A stretch of 64,000 bases of DNA from assembly GCF_041146345.1 (NCBI RefSeq), contig NW_027191404.1, forward strand, positions 434,001 through 498,000, given 5' to 3'. The notes beneath the pieces were generated by a model. That model saw only the letters and a program-made list of their open reading frames with translations. It was not told the origin of the DNA and did no database searches. Position 1 is the stretch's first letter, and the number at the start of each line of letters is the position of its first letter. This DNA is from Neodothiora populina. Its lineage: Eukaryota. A program made the translations under genes and the position numbers. Positions 51,409-62,285 of the stretch are shown here, one piece after another.

Positions 51409-52497
51409 TCACAATTTGGCAAAAGTAGGCTTCTTTTTCTTCAGTCCTGCGAGCAAGGCATCGTTGACATCCCTCGTCTGCAAATACGCTGCATTCCAGA
51501 CTGCCACATAATTGAGTCCGTCCTCGACGCTATGATCTCGACTGTAGTTCAAAACTTCCTTTGTGCCCAACACTGCCACGGGACTCTTGGAAGCGATCAA
51601 GGCCGCCTTTTCCAACGCCTTACCCAAAGCTTCCTGCTTGGTCGTGTCAAAGACATCCGACACGAGGCCCACGCGCAAGGCTTCGGGTGGGAAGAACTCG
51701 CGTGCGGATAATGCGACGTCTTTGGTAAAGGAAGATGGAAGACCTGATTTGGGAAGTCGGGTCAATGTGCCGATGTCAGCCGCGAGTCCGATGTCGACTT
51801 CCTTGACTGAGAACCGAGTGTTGGATGTGCAGATGCGGATGTCACATGCTAAGCTTATGTCTAGAGCGAGTCCGTAGGCAATGCCGTGTAGGACGGCGAT
51901 CACGGGGGATTCGCACTTTTCAATCGCTGTTATACAGGATTGAAAGGAGAAGATGTGACGACGGATCAGGTTTGCGCTCTGTTCGTGTTAGCTTGATATT
52001 GCAGACTGATCTTGGGACTGCTTTTTACATACTCTGGCTGCGTCTTCGCCACCCTCGGCACCTGGGACAATGTTCTCTCTTTGTGATACTGCCTGAAGTA
52101 TACTCTATCAGCGGAAGGTTCGAAAAGTCATGGAGGAAAACAGCATGCAGTATGGTGATAGCTCAGAGACGAAAAAGGAACTAGTATACCTGCACATCAA
52201 GTCCAGCAGTAAACGCCCTGTCCCCAGCAGAGGTAAGAACGACACATCTGACGTTCGGATCGTGTGAGATCCGGTTGAATATTTGGCCCATATTATGCCA
52301 CATTCTATGACATCAAGTAAGCGACGTTACTTTGCTCTCCGTCCTCTGCTCAGAAGAAACAAAAGAAGATCGAAGACTTACTCCTCAAGAAAAGCATTCA
52401 GCTTCTCCGGCCTGTTGATCTCCACCTGAGCGACATATTCCCTCGGGAACGTGACGTTGAAGTATTTGAAATTGTAGTCTGACTGCTGCTGCGCCAT
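51409..52497 (-). CDS. ECH1: Peroxisomal delta3,5-delta2,4-dienoyl-CoA isomerase (crotonase family); introns 52305-52381, 52093-52189, 51979-52032
   Basis: NRPEKLNAF, FTAGLD, KEVDIGLAADIGTL; PTS1 -AKL. Confidence 0.9.
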
Positions 52498-53501
52498 CGC
52501 TCCTCAAGAGGTGATATGTAAATAACAAGATTACAGATATGCGTGGAGACGTGATTAATGTGCGTTCACGGTCGCGAGTCGCTGATGAGAAGTGACACAG
52601 GCGGTGATAGACCGAGAGGGAAAGAGAGAGGAGCAAGAAGAATGATAAAGCTGTATTAACTGCTATAAGTGTTCACCTTTACGTGCGAGAGATGCAGCTT
52701 TAGCCCTTGTAGTATGTCACATGTTTGATGCGCGGCTACACAGTGGAGTAGTGTTGAGTAAGGTGCTGTAGCTCGAGAGATGCTTGAGCCGAGGTACAGA
52801 AGCTCAAGTGGTTCTAATGAGCGTCGGCTATGGCTTTCGCTTCGTAAGGTGCTATGAGCAGCGGGACTACCCACTATTCGAGGTACAGGTATTGCTTCAC
52901 CACAATCGCAAGTTCATTTCCTGCACATTGCTATGTAGATTACTTTAGCCACTATAGGACGTATTCCTGGCATCTGTAACAACAAATTCATCGACAACAT
53001 GGACAAGATGTCCCGTCAAGCAGTCACTTTGATGTAAGAAAGAACCTTCACCAAGCACTGCTTCAGTTGAGATACACGGCAGGTCGAGTGTCGCGACAAG
53101 TTAAAGACAAAACAATGGACGAGGGAACTAAAAAGGTGCATTTTTGAGAAAAAGGTTTTGGGTGCTTCGCTCGGAGAAGTGCTATCTGAGGCGATACACC
53201 GTATGGACAGCGCAACGGCGGTGGTGGCAAGCGACGAGCTAAAGACTCTTCTCTCTATTGACGCCTAATGCGGTCGAGAGAGAGATGAACAAGAAAGGAA
53301 AATAAAAACTCCGTGGTCATTGCACTGCATTCCAGATTTTGTTTCTGCATTCGCTTTGCCTGCCTTTTGCACACGCACGTCTCCGAGAAGCAAGCGCGAG
53401 AAGCTGCCTTTTTCATCAGCATCACACGTCCACTACTGTCCAGACTCCACATCCCCACGTCGTCAATTCCCACCAGACATCGTTCGATCCTCAAGCCGCA
53501 T

Positions 53502-54807
53502 TTATGCGCGGGACATGACACCCCAGGCACGGATCTTGTTGTCGGTGTAACCGGCGAAGAGGGTCTGGCCATCGGCAGACCAGGCGAGCGAGACACACTC
53601 GGGCTCTCTGCTCTTCTTGCCAACCTCCATGTACTCGGGCTTGAGCTCGTCAACCTTGGACTTCTTCTCGAGGTCGAAGATGATGATGGAGCTGGCGGTG
53701 GCGGCGCACAGCCAGTAACGGTTTGGTGAGAAGACAAGGGCGTGAATCTCGTCACCGGCCTGGAGAGAGTAGAGGTGCTTGCTCTCGTTGAGGTCCCAGA
53801 GCATGGTGGTACCATCCTTGCCGCCGGAGGCGCAGAGGGAACCATCGGGGGAGATGGTGACGGTGTTGATGTATCCGGTGTGACCGATGTGGTCGGTCTG
53901 GATGCGGCAGGTGGCAAGCTCCCAAACCTAAAGAGAATAATGTCAGCGAGTTGTACTCGCAAGGGGGTTGCAATCCCCGCTAAAGCCGTTCATTTCCAGA
54001 GGTTTTTATCAGGGCAAAATGGTGATGGTTGGTCTCATAGCACGAAGCTCTGAAGTAGCAAATACATAAGGTTGCAATACATCCTTTGAATTCTGGAAAT
54101 GACACATGCTCGCGGAGATGGGAAATAATCAAAACGTACCTTGACCATCTTGTCCCAGCCAGCGGAGACGATGACGGGGTTCTGGGGGTTAGGAGAGAAT
54201 CTCACGCAGGAGACCCACTCGGTGTGACCCTTGTCGGTGATGGTGTACTTGCAGTCACCGAGGGTGTTCCAGAGCTTGATCGTTCTGTCACGGGATCCGG
54301 AAACGATCTGTCTGTTGTCGGCGGAGAAAGAGACGGAGAGAACGTCGTTGGTGTGTCCGACGAAACGGCGGGTGGTCTGGCCGGTGGAGAGCTCCCAGAG
54401 ACGGAGAGTCTTGTCCCACGAGGCGGAGAGAGCGTAAGCACCGTCAGAGGAGATGACCTGTATTGGTAGGCTGTCAGATCCTGTTCCTTGGCCATTCCAG
54501 CTCTCGCTCTTCTCTTTTTGAGAGAAAAATCATAACGTACGCAGTCGGAGACAATGTGGGAGTGACCGTGGAGGCTGCGCTTGGGGTAGCCGTAGCTGGT
54601 CTCGTCGCGGGTCAAGTTCCAGATGATGAGGGACTTGTCGCGAGATCCGGAGAGGAGCATGTTGGGGCTTGATGATATCCGATTAGTCCAAACACTCCTT
54701 CTCATTGACATTCCATTTTCTGCTCACTTCTCCAGGGAGGTAGCCAAGCTGGTGACCCAGCCGGAGTGGCCCTCGAGGGTGCCGCGAAGAACGAGTTGCT
54801 CGGCCAT
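53502..54807 (-). CDS. ASC1: RACK1/Asc1/Cpc-2 WD40 ribosomal scaffold; introns 54668-54727, 54458-54540, 53928-54139
   Basis: [24 protein letters not shown]...[12 protein letters not shown]...[13 protein letters not shown]. Confidence 0.98.
54005..54089 (-). ncRNA. snR24: Box C/D snoRNA U24 (snR24) in RACK1 intron 3
   Basis: Guide UAUUUGCUACU + D' CAGA, C'-like AUGAGA, D box CUGA; flanking 11-bp inverted repeat 53990-54000/54092-54102; ASC1/cpcB introns are the known U24 host. Confidence 0.88.
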
Positions 54808-55085
54808 GTTGACTTAACTGCGCGAGAGTGTTAATTCGAATGCCGACAGCGATAGGGAGGAACCGATTGGCGCAATGCTGACCTGACGGGAGACGTGGAC
54901 TTGAGGGGTTGTCGGCGAAAATCTCAAAGTGTCTCTCACAGATTGAAGTCTTGCTGTGAACTTCGCAAAGGTCGCTTGTCGGAATATCGAAACTGTGCGA
55001 ACTAGACTTGTAAGGGTAAGCGTGCCAAGCTCGCTTGGGTGGATCATAAGTCCTGGGACTGCCGTGGGCCCTGGCCTGGCTGAGC

Positions 55086-55113
55086 TGTCACAGTGTCACA
55101 GTGTCACAGTGTC
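55086..55113. repeat. (TGTCACAG)3.5 tandem repeat in the RACK1/GFA divergent promoter
   Basis: Direct read of the sequence. Confidence 0.8.
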
Positions 55114-55753
55114 CTCGATCTGTGGACTACTGTTCGAGTAAGGTAAGCACTACAATAATTAATAGGCTGATCATGTCAGGTACGCTTCTGGCATTGCACA
55201 GACGCTTATATCTACTTGTACCACAGATACGAAGCCAGATCTGCTGTATACTGCTCCTTTCCCAGTAACTTACTGCGAACGGCGAATACCTACAGTCCAC
55301 ACTGACAAAATATGCATTTTCTCTTGCTCCAATATCGTGTGAGGCTGCATCAACACTTCTTGTCGGAGATGTAGTCTACCTTGGTAATCACATGATATGC
55401 TTACTGTCCTCATTCCGGTGCCCGCGAAAGCAGTGTTCTTCCACATCGCTTATCTGGCCAGACTGACACTTGTAGACGTCTTCGGAGTATCTTGAAATGA
55501 AATGCCACCCGCACGGTATCACCCCCTCTCGAGCCCCTCTTCCGATGACATAGATAAAACTTCCGGTCGACTTAGACTTTCGCCAAGACGATGCAGCTCA
55601 ACTGTTGATCTGTCATGATGGAATGAGATGCAGTAAGGTATATATACAGACAGCAACGGTCCCGAGGACACTTGCGTCTGCCAAACATCACTGCTCCTGT
55701 ACATATACACGTATCCCGCTACTTTTTCAGGCTACTACGAGCAATAAATCACC

Positions 55754-56225
55754 ATGCCTAAGGGAAGCTGTCTTTGCGGAAAGGTCACCATCTCCTATGA
55801 TGCGGATCCGGCGATGAAGGTATGTATTTGTAGCTACAAACAGGAAATACTAGCCGACGAGCATATACTAACGTCCTCCACAGGCACTCTGCCACTGTGT
55901 GGACTGCAGGAAGATGACCGGTTCCGCCTACTCAACCAACGTCGTCGTCCCTTCCGAGACATTCAAGGTTACCGGGTCTCCTAAGGTCTTCACCAAGGTT
56001 GCTGATTCGGGCAACAAGGCCCACAGCTACTTCTGTGGCGACTGCGGTTGTCCTCTTTACAGGGACAGCGAGAGCTTCAAGGGCCTCCTGATTGTCAAGG
56101 CTGGTTGCTTGGATGGAGAGGGTGCCCTGGATGCTGCCTCGCCCGGCGCCGAGATGTATGCTCCCGAGAGAGTCAGCTGGCAGCCTGAGATCTCGGGTGT
56201 GCAGCAGCTGAAGGCTATGGAGTAA
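55754..56225 (+). CDS. GFA/CENP-V (Mss4-like) zinc protein; intron 55820-55883
   Basis: GSCLCG, CHCVDCRK and FCGDCG motifs. Confidence 0.92.
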
Positions 56226-56437
56226 AGAGTCTCCCACAACTCGACAAAGCGATTGCTGTGAAGTTAGCGACGGGTACGAAGCTATCTCGGAAGCTACTAC
56301 ACAGCCTCGGGGCATGTTTGGAATCTTGAAATCTTGGACATTTTGGAACTATTTGGATTAGTGTAAAGAACGCTATCAGATTGGATAACACTCACGTTAT
56401 CTTGGATAAACATGTATATATCGTTGCAGGAATACAA

Positions 56438-56771
56438 TCACTCTGACTCTGACTCTTCCGCTTCTCGGACAGTGTCTTTCAGTGTCTAAAGTAGGATCAT
56501 GTGAGCTAGGTGATCCGTGAGGTCAAGTCATTCGTATATGCTCACGTCTTTGAGGCGTTGCTTGAGCTCCTCGAGCTTTTTGCTATGCACGAGAAGAGTC
56601 TCGTCGTCGATATCCTCGTGAATGAAGACGTTACCATTCTCCTCGTCAATCTTGCAAATGATGGCCTTGATGGAAGCATCGCACTGCACCAGGATTCCTG
56701 GAAGTCTAGTGATCAGTACTCGACCCGATGCATAGAGAGCCGGAACACATACCGGTCACTGCCTTGGGCAT
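56438..56771 (-). CDS. TFB5: TFIIH subunit Tfb5/p8 (72 aa); introns 56698-56752, 56486-56545
   Basis: Spliced product MPKAVTGILVQCDASIKAIICKIDEENGNVFIHEDIDDETLLVHSKKLEELKQRLKDTLKDTVREAEESESE. Confidence 0.92.
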
Positions 56772-57404
56772 GGTGGAAGATCACTCCGCGAGACTGAGAG
56801 CACAGAAGAACTGATGAGGTCTAGATTCCTTCGGATCTAGGTACGTGACCATAGCAGATCTGTAGCGATAAAGACGCAAGGGACTGCCGTGGAGCCGTGG
56901 TATCTGGATATCTTGCTGTGTTGGGCGGCCCCCATGTCATCACAAAAGCTTCAGATAGAGTGAAGATGGCTTGGCAAGCGGGCGATCGGAGAACTGATGA
57001 TGTTGATTTACGTCGTCCTCGTCCACAATCGACTCGACCATCCACTTGTACAATAATTAATTACACCATCTCCACCAGCGGTTGCTTGACCGTCTCGTTC
57101 CCTCAACTTCATCGACTTCATCTGTGACCTCAATGACCTGTTCACCATGCCTTCCTTCAGTTTGTGCTCTTTCCATTAAGCAACAGCGTACCTTCCCTTC
57201 CCTTCCGCGCTCCTTCAGATATTGAAGTTTTAAGTCCGGAATCTATTCCCATGTACTCGGACGACCATCAGATGATAAACTGCAGCCTACGACACGGCAG
57301 CCTTTAGTTCCCAGACAGCAATTGTCCTCACAAGGCTCCTCACAAGGCGGCTCGAGAACCGCGAATCGGTTGTGTGACGTGTTGTTGCAAGAGAACAACA
57401 GACA

Positions 57405-58256
57405 ATGGCCACCCCCCAAGAGACGACATCGCAGCAACAGCAGCAGCAATCGCCACTATCTACATTCCAGACCAGTACCACAACGCCCACGCCCACGACT
57501 CCACTATCATTATCGTCATCATCATCCTCGTCGTCCTCTCTGCCCTCCCTCGGTAGCTTCAGCGACGCATACGGAACATCCAACCCCTCCGCGAGCGCCA
57601 CAAACGGCAGCGACGATGCACCTCCCAAAAAGACAGACGACCACGACTCGTCAGGCATATACAACTACTACTTCATCTTCATCGCCCTAGCCCTACTGCT
57701 GATCTTCCTAACCACATGGATCGTGCTGCGCCAGCGCGCTCGTCAGCGCAACCTACGCCTGCAGACCCAGCAGTCCGCGCTGTCCCGGGACCTGGCCTCG
57801 TCGAACGTCGGGCGCGGCTGGACGTACGGCGGCGAGTCGCGCACGCAGCACGCTCTGGGCGGAGGGGGTATCTTGGCTCTTGCGAGGCGAGGAGCGGGCG
57901 GTGCGTTCGGACGAGGCGGACATAGAGAGCAGCGCGAGGAAGGGCTGGACGAGCAGGGCGAGGCGCCGCCGCCGTATAAAGCCAGCGATCATGGAGATGT
58001 CGTTGTGCAGACTGCTGCTGCTGCTACGTCGGAAGCAGGCAACAACACCGCTTCTACTCGATCGCATGCTGCGCGGGATGCGGCAGATACTTTGGGCGAC
58101 GAAGTCGCCACACCGCTTCGGACATTGGGACGCGAAGACGTCGGGCTCAAACCACCGGATTACTCGGAAGCTGTCACTCGGGAGATAGACAACGAGCCCA
58201 GCAGAGGCCCGTCAGGCTCGTCGTCGAGAGAGGAAGAACGTCGATCGTCGCGATGA
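57405..58256 (+). CDS. Single-pass membrane protein with S/T-rich N-terminus and cytosolic PY motifs
   Basis: TM YYFIFIALALLLIFLTTWIVL followed by basic residues; EEGLDEQGEAPPPY and PPDY. Confidence 0.8.
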   Translation: MATPQETTSQQQQQQSPLSTFQTSTTTPTPTTPLSLSSSSSSSSSLPSLGSFSDAYGTSNPSASATNGSDDAPPKKTDDHDSSGIYNYYFIFIALALLLIFLTTWIVLRQRARQRNLRLQTQQSALSRDLASSNVGRGWTYGGESRTQHALGGGGILALARRGAGGAFGRGGHREQREEGLDEQGEAPPPYKASDHGDVVVQTAAAATSEAGNNTASTRSHAARDAADTLGDEVATPLRTLGREDVGLKPPDYSEAVTREIDNEPSRGPSGSSSREEERRSSR

Positions 58257-58740
58257 AGAGGTGTGGCGAAGAGAGACGCCAAATTATGCATTTAATGAAC
58301 CCGTACATATATATTCGACTTTCCTTTCTTCTGCTTTTCTTGGCGTTTCGAGGCGAGAGGCGGTGTTATTTTGTTAATGGGATATGGGAAACTTGGCCAC
58401 AGGAGCTTCGTGGACTGGAGTGGATTGAATAGTCTATAATGGTATGTGTATATATGGGATACATTTGACACGAAGAGGGGTTTCGAGGTGACATGCGTTT
58501 ATCACCGGCAATGTCTGGGCGAGCCACATTATATTGAGGAAATAGAGGTTGTTTTCGAGCAACATTCATCAGGTATCAACCGGACACGAAGAGTCAAACG
58601 AGCTTAGAGAGACTATCTACTACCTTCCAAACGATCTGATCAAATCCGTCTTCCTTGCCACATTGCGATCTCGACATTCCAGCGGCCTGTCGAAGACCAA
58701 ATTTTCCTCTCCTCATCCTCTGACCAAAAACACTCCCACT

Positions 58741-60171
58741 TCACCCAGCGACCGTAAAGTTCGTCTGCGTGAGATTAGCATCACCAGGCACGATATACGA
58801 CTTGGTCTTGGGCAGGCGATCAAGAACATCATCCGCCAGGTTCAGATGATCCTTGACGATCTGCTTCGGCGTGAGACTCAACCACTGCGCGACAGAAATA
58901 TCGGCGTATTTGTCCGCCTGCAGAACCTCGAGATACACGACGTCTTCTGTGCCCGTGTTCTCGACGTAGTGCGACATGGGCACGGGCACGTAGCCGACGT
59001 CTCCGGCTTGGAAGTCGAATGTGCGCGAGGAGGATGGCGCCGAGTAGACGGTTAGACGCGCTTGGCCTGCTAGGAAGTAGGTCCACTCGTCGCTGGTTCT
59101 GTGCCAGTGGATCTCGCGCATCGCGCCGGGCTTGATGGTGAAGAGGGCCGCTGCGAAGTTGGATGCTACGGGGAATGATTGGGGGTCGAGGATCTTGACG
59201 CTGCCGCCTGGTACCTCATACGGCGCTTGCTGGCTGAGATGGTAGGAATAGGTTCCGTTCAGGGGAATTGGGCCTGCGGGTCCAGTGATGTTGTTCAGGG
59301 GTGACGACACGTTGTCTGGGGGTGGAGTCCCAGGCAAGATGTACAATTGATCAGAGGGAATGTGGTCGAATGATGACACATCTGTTTGAAGATCCTTTGC
59401 GAGGACAGAGATGGGCTGGCGTGCGAAGAGCTCTGATACGAGGAAGGTGTTGTCTTCGCTGAAGTCGCCTTCGTCAAAGACAAGGAGAAACTCGACGCCG
59501 TCATCAAAAGCTTGAATAGAATGCGGTACGCCAGCAGGGAAGAACCAGACATCGCCTGCTTGCAGGTCGTCCGTGAAGGTCTCACCGTTCTCGTCGACGG
59601 CATTGAGACGCACTGTGCCGTTGAGGATCAAGGACCATTCATTTGCTTTGTGCCAGTGCAACTCTCGGTATGCATTAGGCTCGAGGTGCATGTTGACACC
59701 TGCCATAGCGGTCGCGATAGGCAACACGTCAACATTCTGCTGACGGGCCCATCCTGCATCTTTGATGCCGTGGCGGTTGTGCGAAAGTCCCAGAGGCCAC
59801 TTCGCCTGACCTGTACTACCAGAGTCTGTTCCTGGAGGGATAAAAACATCCGAGTTCTGCTTGTCAATCTCGACATTGCGCGGACCGGGGTCAGTCGGCG
59901 CATTCGTGCCACCTCTGATAGGTTGAGGGTTTTCGACTTTGCTCAAGTCCAAGTAGAAACCCAGATCCGCATCCTCAGATTGTCCTGGGCCCAGCTGGTA
60001 CTGGTCCTCCGGGACAGTCGCTGGTAGACTTTTATCTACTGGGTCGCCTTCTTGGTAGCCACCAAGACTGGGAGGACCACGTAGAGAACCAGAGGTGGGT
60101 GCAGCTAACGCCGCACAAGACAGGACGCTTGCAGCGATGAGCGCTCTGAAAGGGATGTAATAATGCTTCAT
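58741..60171 (-). CDS. oxdC: Secreted bicupin oxalate decarboxylase, intronless
   Basis: Signal peptide; RELHWH..EW, PAGVPHS, REIHWH..DEW; lid SEDNT. Confidence 0.92.
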   Translation of the reverse strand: MKHYYIPFRALIAASVLSCAALAAPTSGSLRGPPSLGGYQEGDPVDKSLPATVPEDQYQLGPGQSEDADLGFYLDLSKVENPQPIRGGTNAPTDPGPRNVEIDKQNSDVFIPPGTDSGSTGQAKWPLGLSHNRHGIKDAGWARQQNVDVLPIATAMAGVNMHLEPNAYRELHWHKANEWSLILNGTVRLNAVDENGETFTDDLQAGDVWFFPAGVPHSIQAFDDGVEFLLVFDEGDFSEDNTFLVSELFARQPISVLAKDLQTDVSSFDHIPSDQLYILPGTPPPDNVSSPLNNITGPAGPIPLNGTYSYHLSQQAPYEVPGGSVKILDPQSFPVASNFAAALFTIKPGAMREIHWHRTSDEWTYFLAGQARLTVYSAPSSSRTFDFQAGDVGYVPVPMSHYVENTGTEDVVYLEVLQADKYADISVAQWLSLTPKQIVKDHLNLADDVLDRLPKTKSYIVPGDANLTQTNFTVAG

Positions 60172-62285
60172 GATTGTGCAATGCCAGTGTCTTGTATAAC
60201 AGCAGAGAACAAGAAACTTTGAGCTCTTAAATACTTGTCTCAAGCACGAACATCGCTTGCCAACTCGAGTGGTGTATGTGCACCCATGAGTGGCCAATAG
60301 CGGAATGCTGCATGATTAGGGTTTGTGATAGATTGATGCATTACCTTTCTGTCGCTCTCGCTGACTGAGATCAGGGTTGTCCGCGTGGTGAATCTACGAC
60401 AGCCATTCATCAAATCACTTCTTCCATCGATGCAACGTCATCAAGAAGGAGCTAAATGTGAGCGACACCACCACGTCTATACGTGGACGGGGGATCACGT
60501 CCAATTGAAACATCTCAGCTCTGGAAGTGGGGCGGGGCGAGATGGAATAGAATTTCAGTAGGCGAACTCTCTTCTCATGTCTATGATTCTACTTCCGCCA
60601 TAACCGTGAGTCGTATAGTGGAAGACCATCGAGGACTAGGCAGGTCTCCGATGGATACTTGCAAATGATATTGTGCCCAGGGTCGTGACTACCTTTTCAT
60701 GCAGGCAAGCGGGTCTGCTGCTTTATTTAGGCTGTACGTGATGAGTGTTTGCGGTGTTCAATCCTCGGCTAGAATGTGACCTTCTGTGACTAAGAGAGAA
60801 GATTATATAGACCGCAGTGATAACCACGATGCAAACTAAGAGTCACTCGCGCTACGGGACAGGCGAGCAGGCTGTTGGCCCCTTTTCGGAGGTGGTCTCA
60901 TGATCTTGAACTCTATGAATAGTTCTCAATATATCCAGGAAGATGATATGCGATTACACAGTGCTGCTAAGTTTGGATGTATCGACAGATGCGATGTTGT
61001 CCATTTGCTATCCCCGGATATGCTGTATCTCCAAGGCAAATTATCCCCAAAGAGGGGAAACAAGCCTTTCATGCAGGTCCTCATGAGCTTGTCTAGCCTG
61101 GGTATGTCCGTGCGGCCAGGTCAACGTCATGAGATAGATCACGGGCAGCGGTAAATCATCCACCTGCATGAACCAATACATGATTGTGATTCAAACCCGT
61201 TCATTCGACGATTACTGAACCTTCCAGGCCTTGATATTTGCAATATTCTCCAGCAGTGCCGGATATCCCTCCATATCGCCACCGTGTTATAAGGGCAAGC
61301 CTGCAAGTAACACTAAACTTTCGCAACTTTCACGTCATCGCAGTGCCGCGGAAAGTGTTCGTGTCATGCTCGTCGATACATAAGACAGAAACATGATTGC
61401 GTGATTCCGGTAGTAGCCATCTCCGATGTGACTGATGATGGACCCAAATGGTAACCGCTGTTCGTCCGGATTACTTTCGGGATCTTTGCTATATTGTCCA
61501 TTTATATTGCATTGACGATCTTGACCTACCACTCCTCCGCTTGAGTGTGCCAATATAGATGCGAACGTCTGCACATTGGCAACGCAGTGTTTTCTTCATC
61601 GAGGCTCAACTTTCTTATGCGCTGCAACACAGGCGAGGTCGACAATTGGGCCGCATATTGATTCTGTCTGAAGACCCACTATCCGAGCTGGTTGCTACGC
61701 GCAATCATGTGGTCATTTAGATAGCTGTGTGATATCTTATCGAGGTGCATTAGTGTTGCTCATCACCACCAATCAACACTCTTTCTCAACGACGACATGG
61801 CAATAACAGTTGTTCGCCGACCATTTTCTTGCTTCGGTGTGAGTTCAATTCAGAGCATTGATAATGCAATCAATCTCCGAGCTGATTTGCAATAGATAAG
61901 TTCCATGAATAGAGTGTGCATGTCCGGCCTGCTCGTCGTGAAGATAAATGAGTCTTTATTGCCATTGTTTACAGTTGCAGATGGATCCACTGTTCTTGGA
62001 CATAAATAGTAACATTCACTGTATGGGTTCGGTCTGGCCAAGGCATGTAGCATGATAGGGACGCTTGGCTCCGAAGCTCGTCGAGCGCCTTTCTGGTAAT
62101 ATTTTCTAGCTGAAGGATGCCTCCCTTGATTTAGCTGCGTGAAAATCCATGCGGGGAAACCTCGCTTGCTGATTGCTGGATTGGGCGGATCGTTCGAGCT
62201 GTCGTGCTGTCGTGCAGTCGTGCTGAGAAAGAACTTCTGGTTGCATAAGGCAACAGTTTGTTGAAGGGCCATATAGTCCTTGTTA

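Noticed and set aside
60315..60323. TTAGGGTT upstream of oxdC as a telomerase template or telomere seed
   Set aside because: Single partial copy in a promoter with no supporting structure noticed
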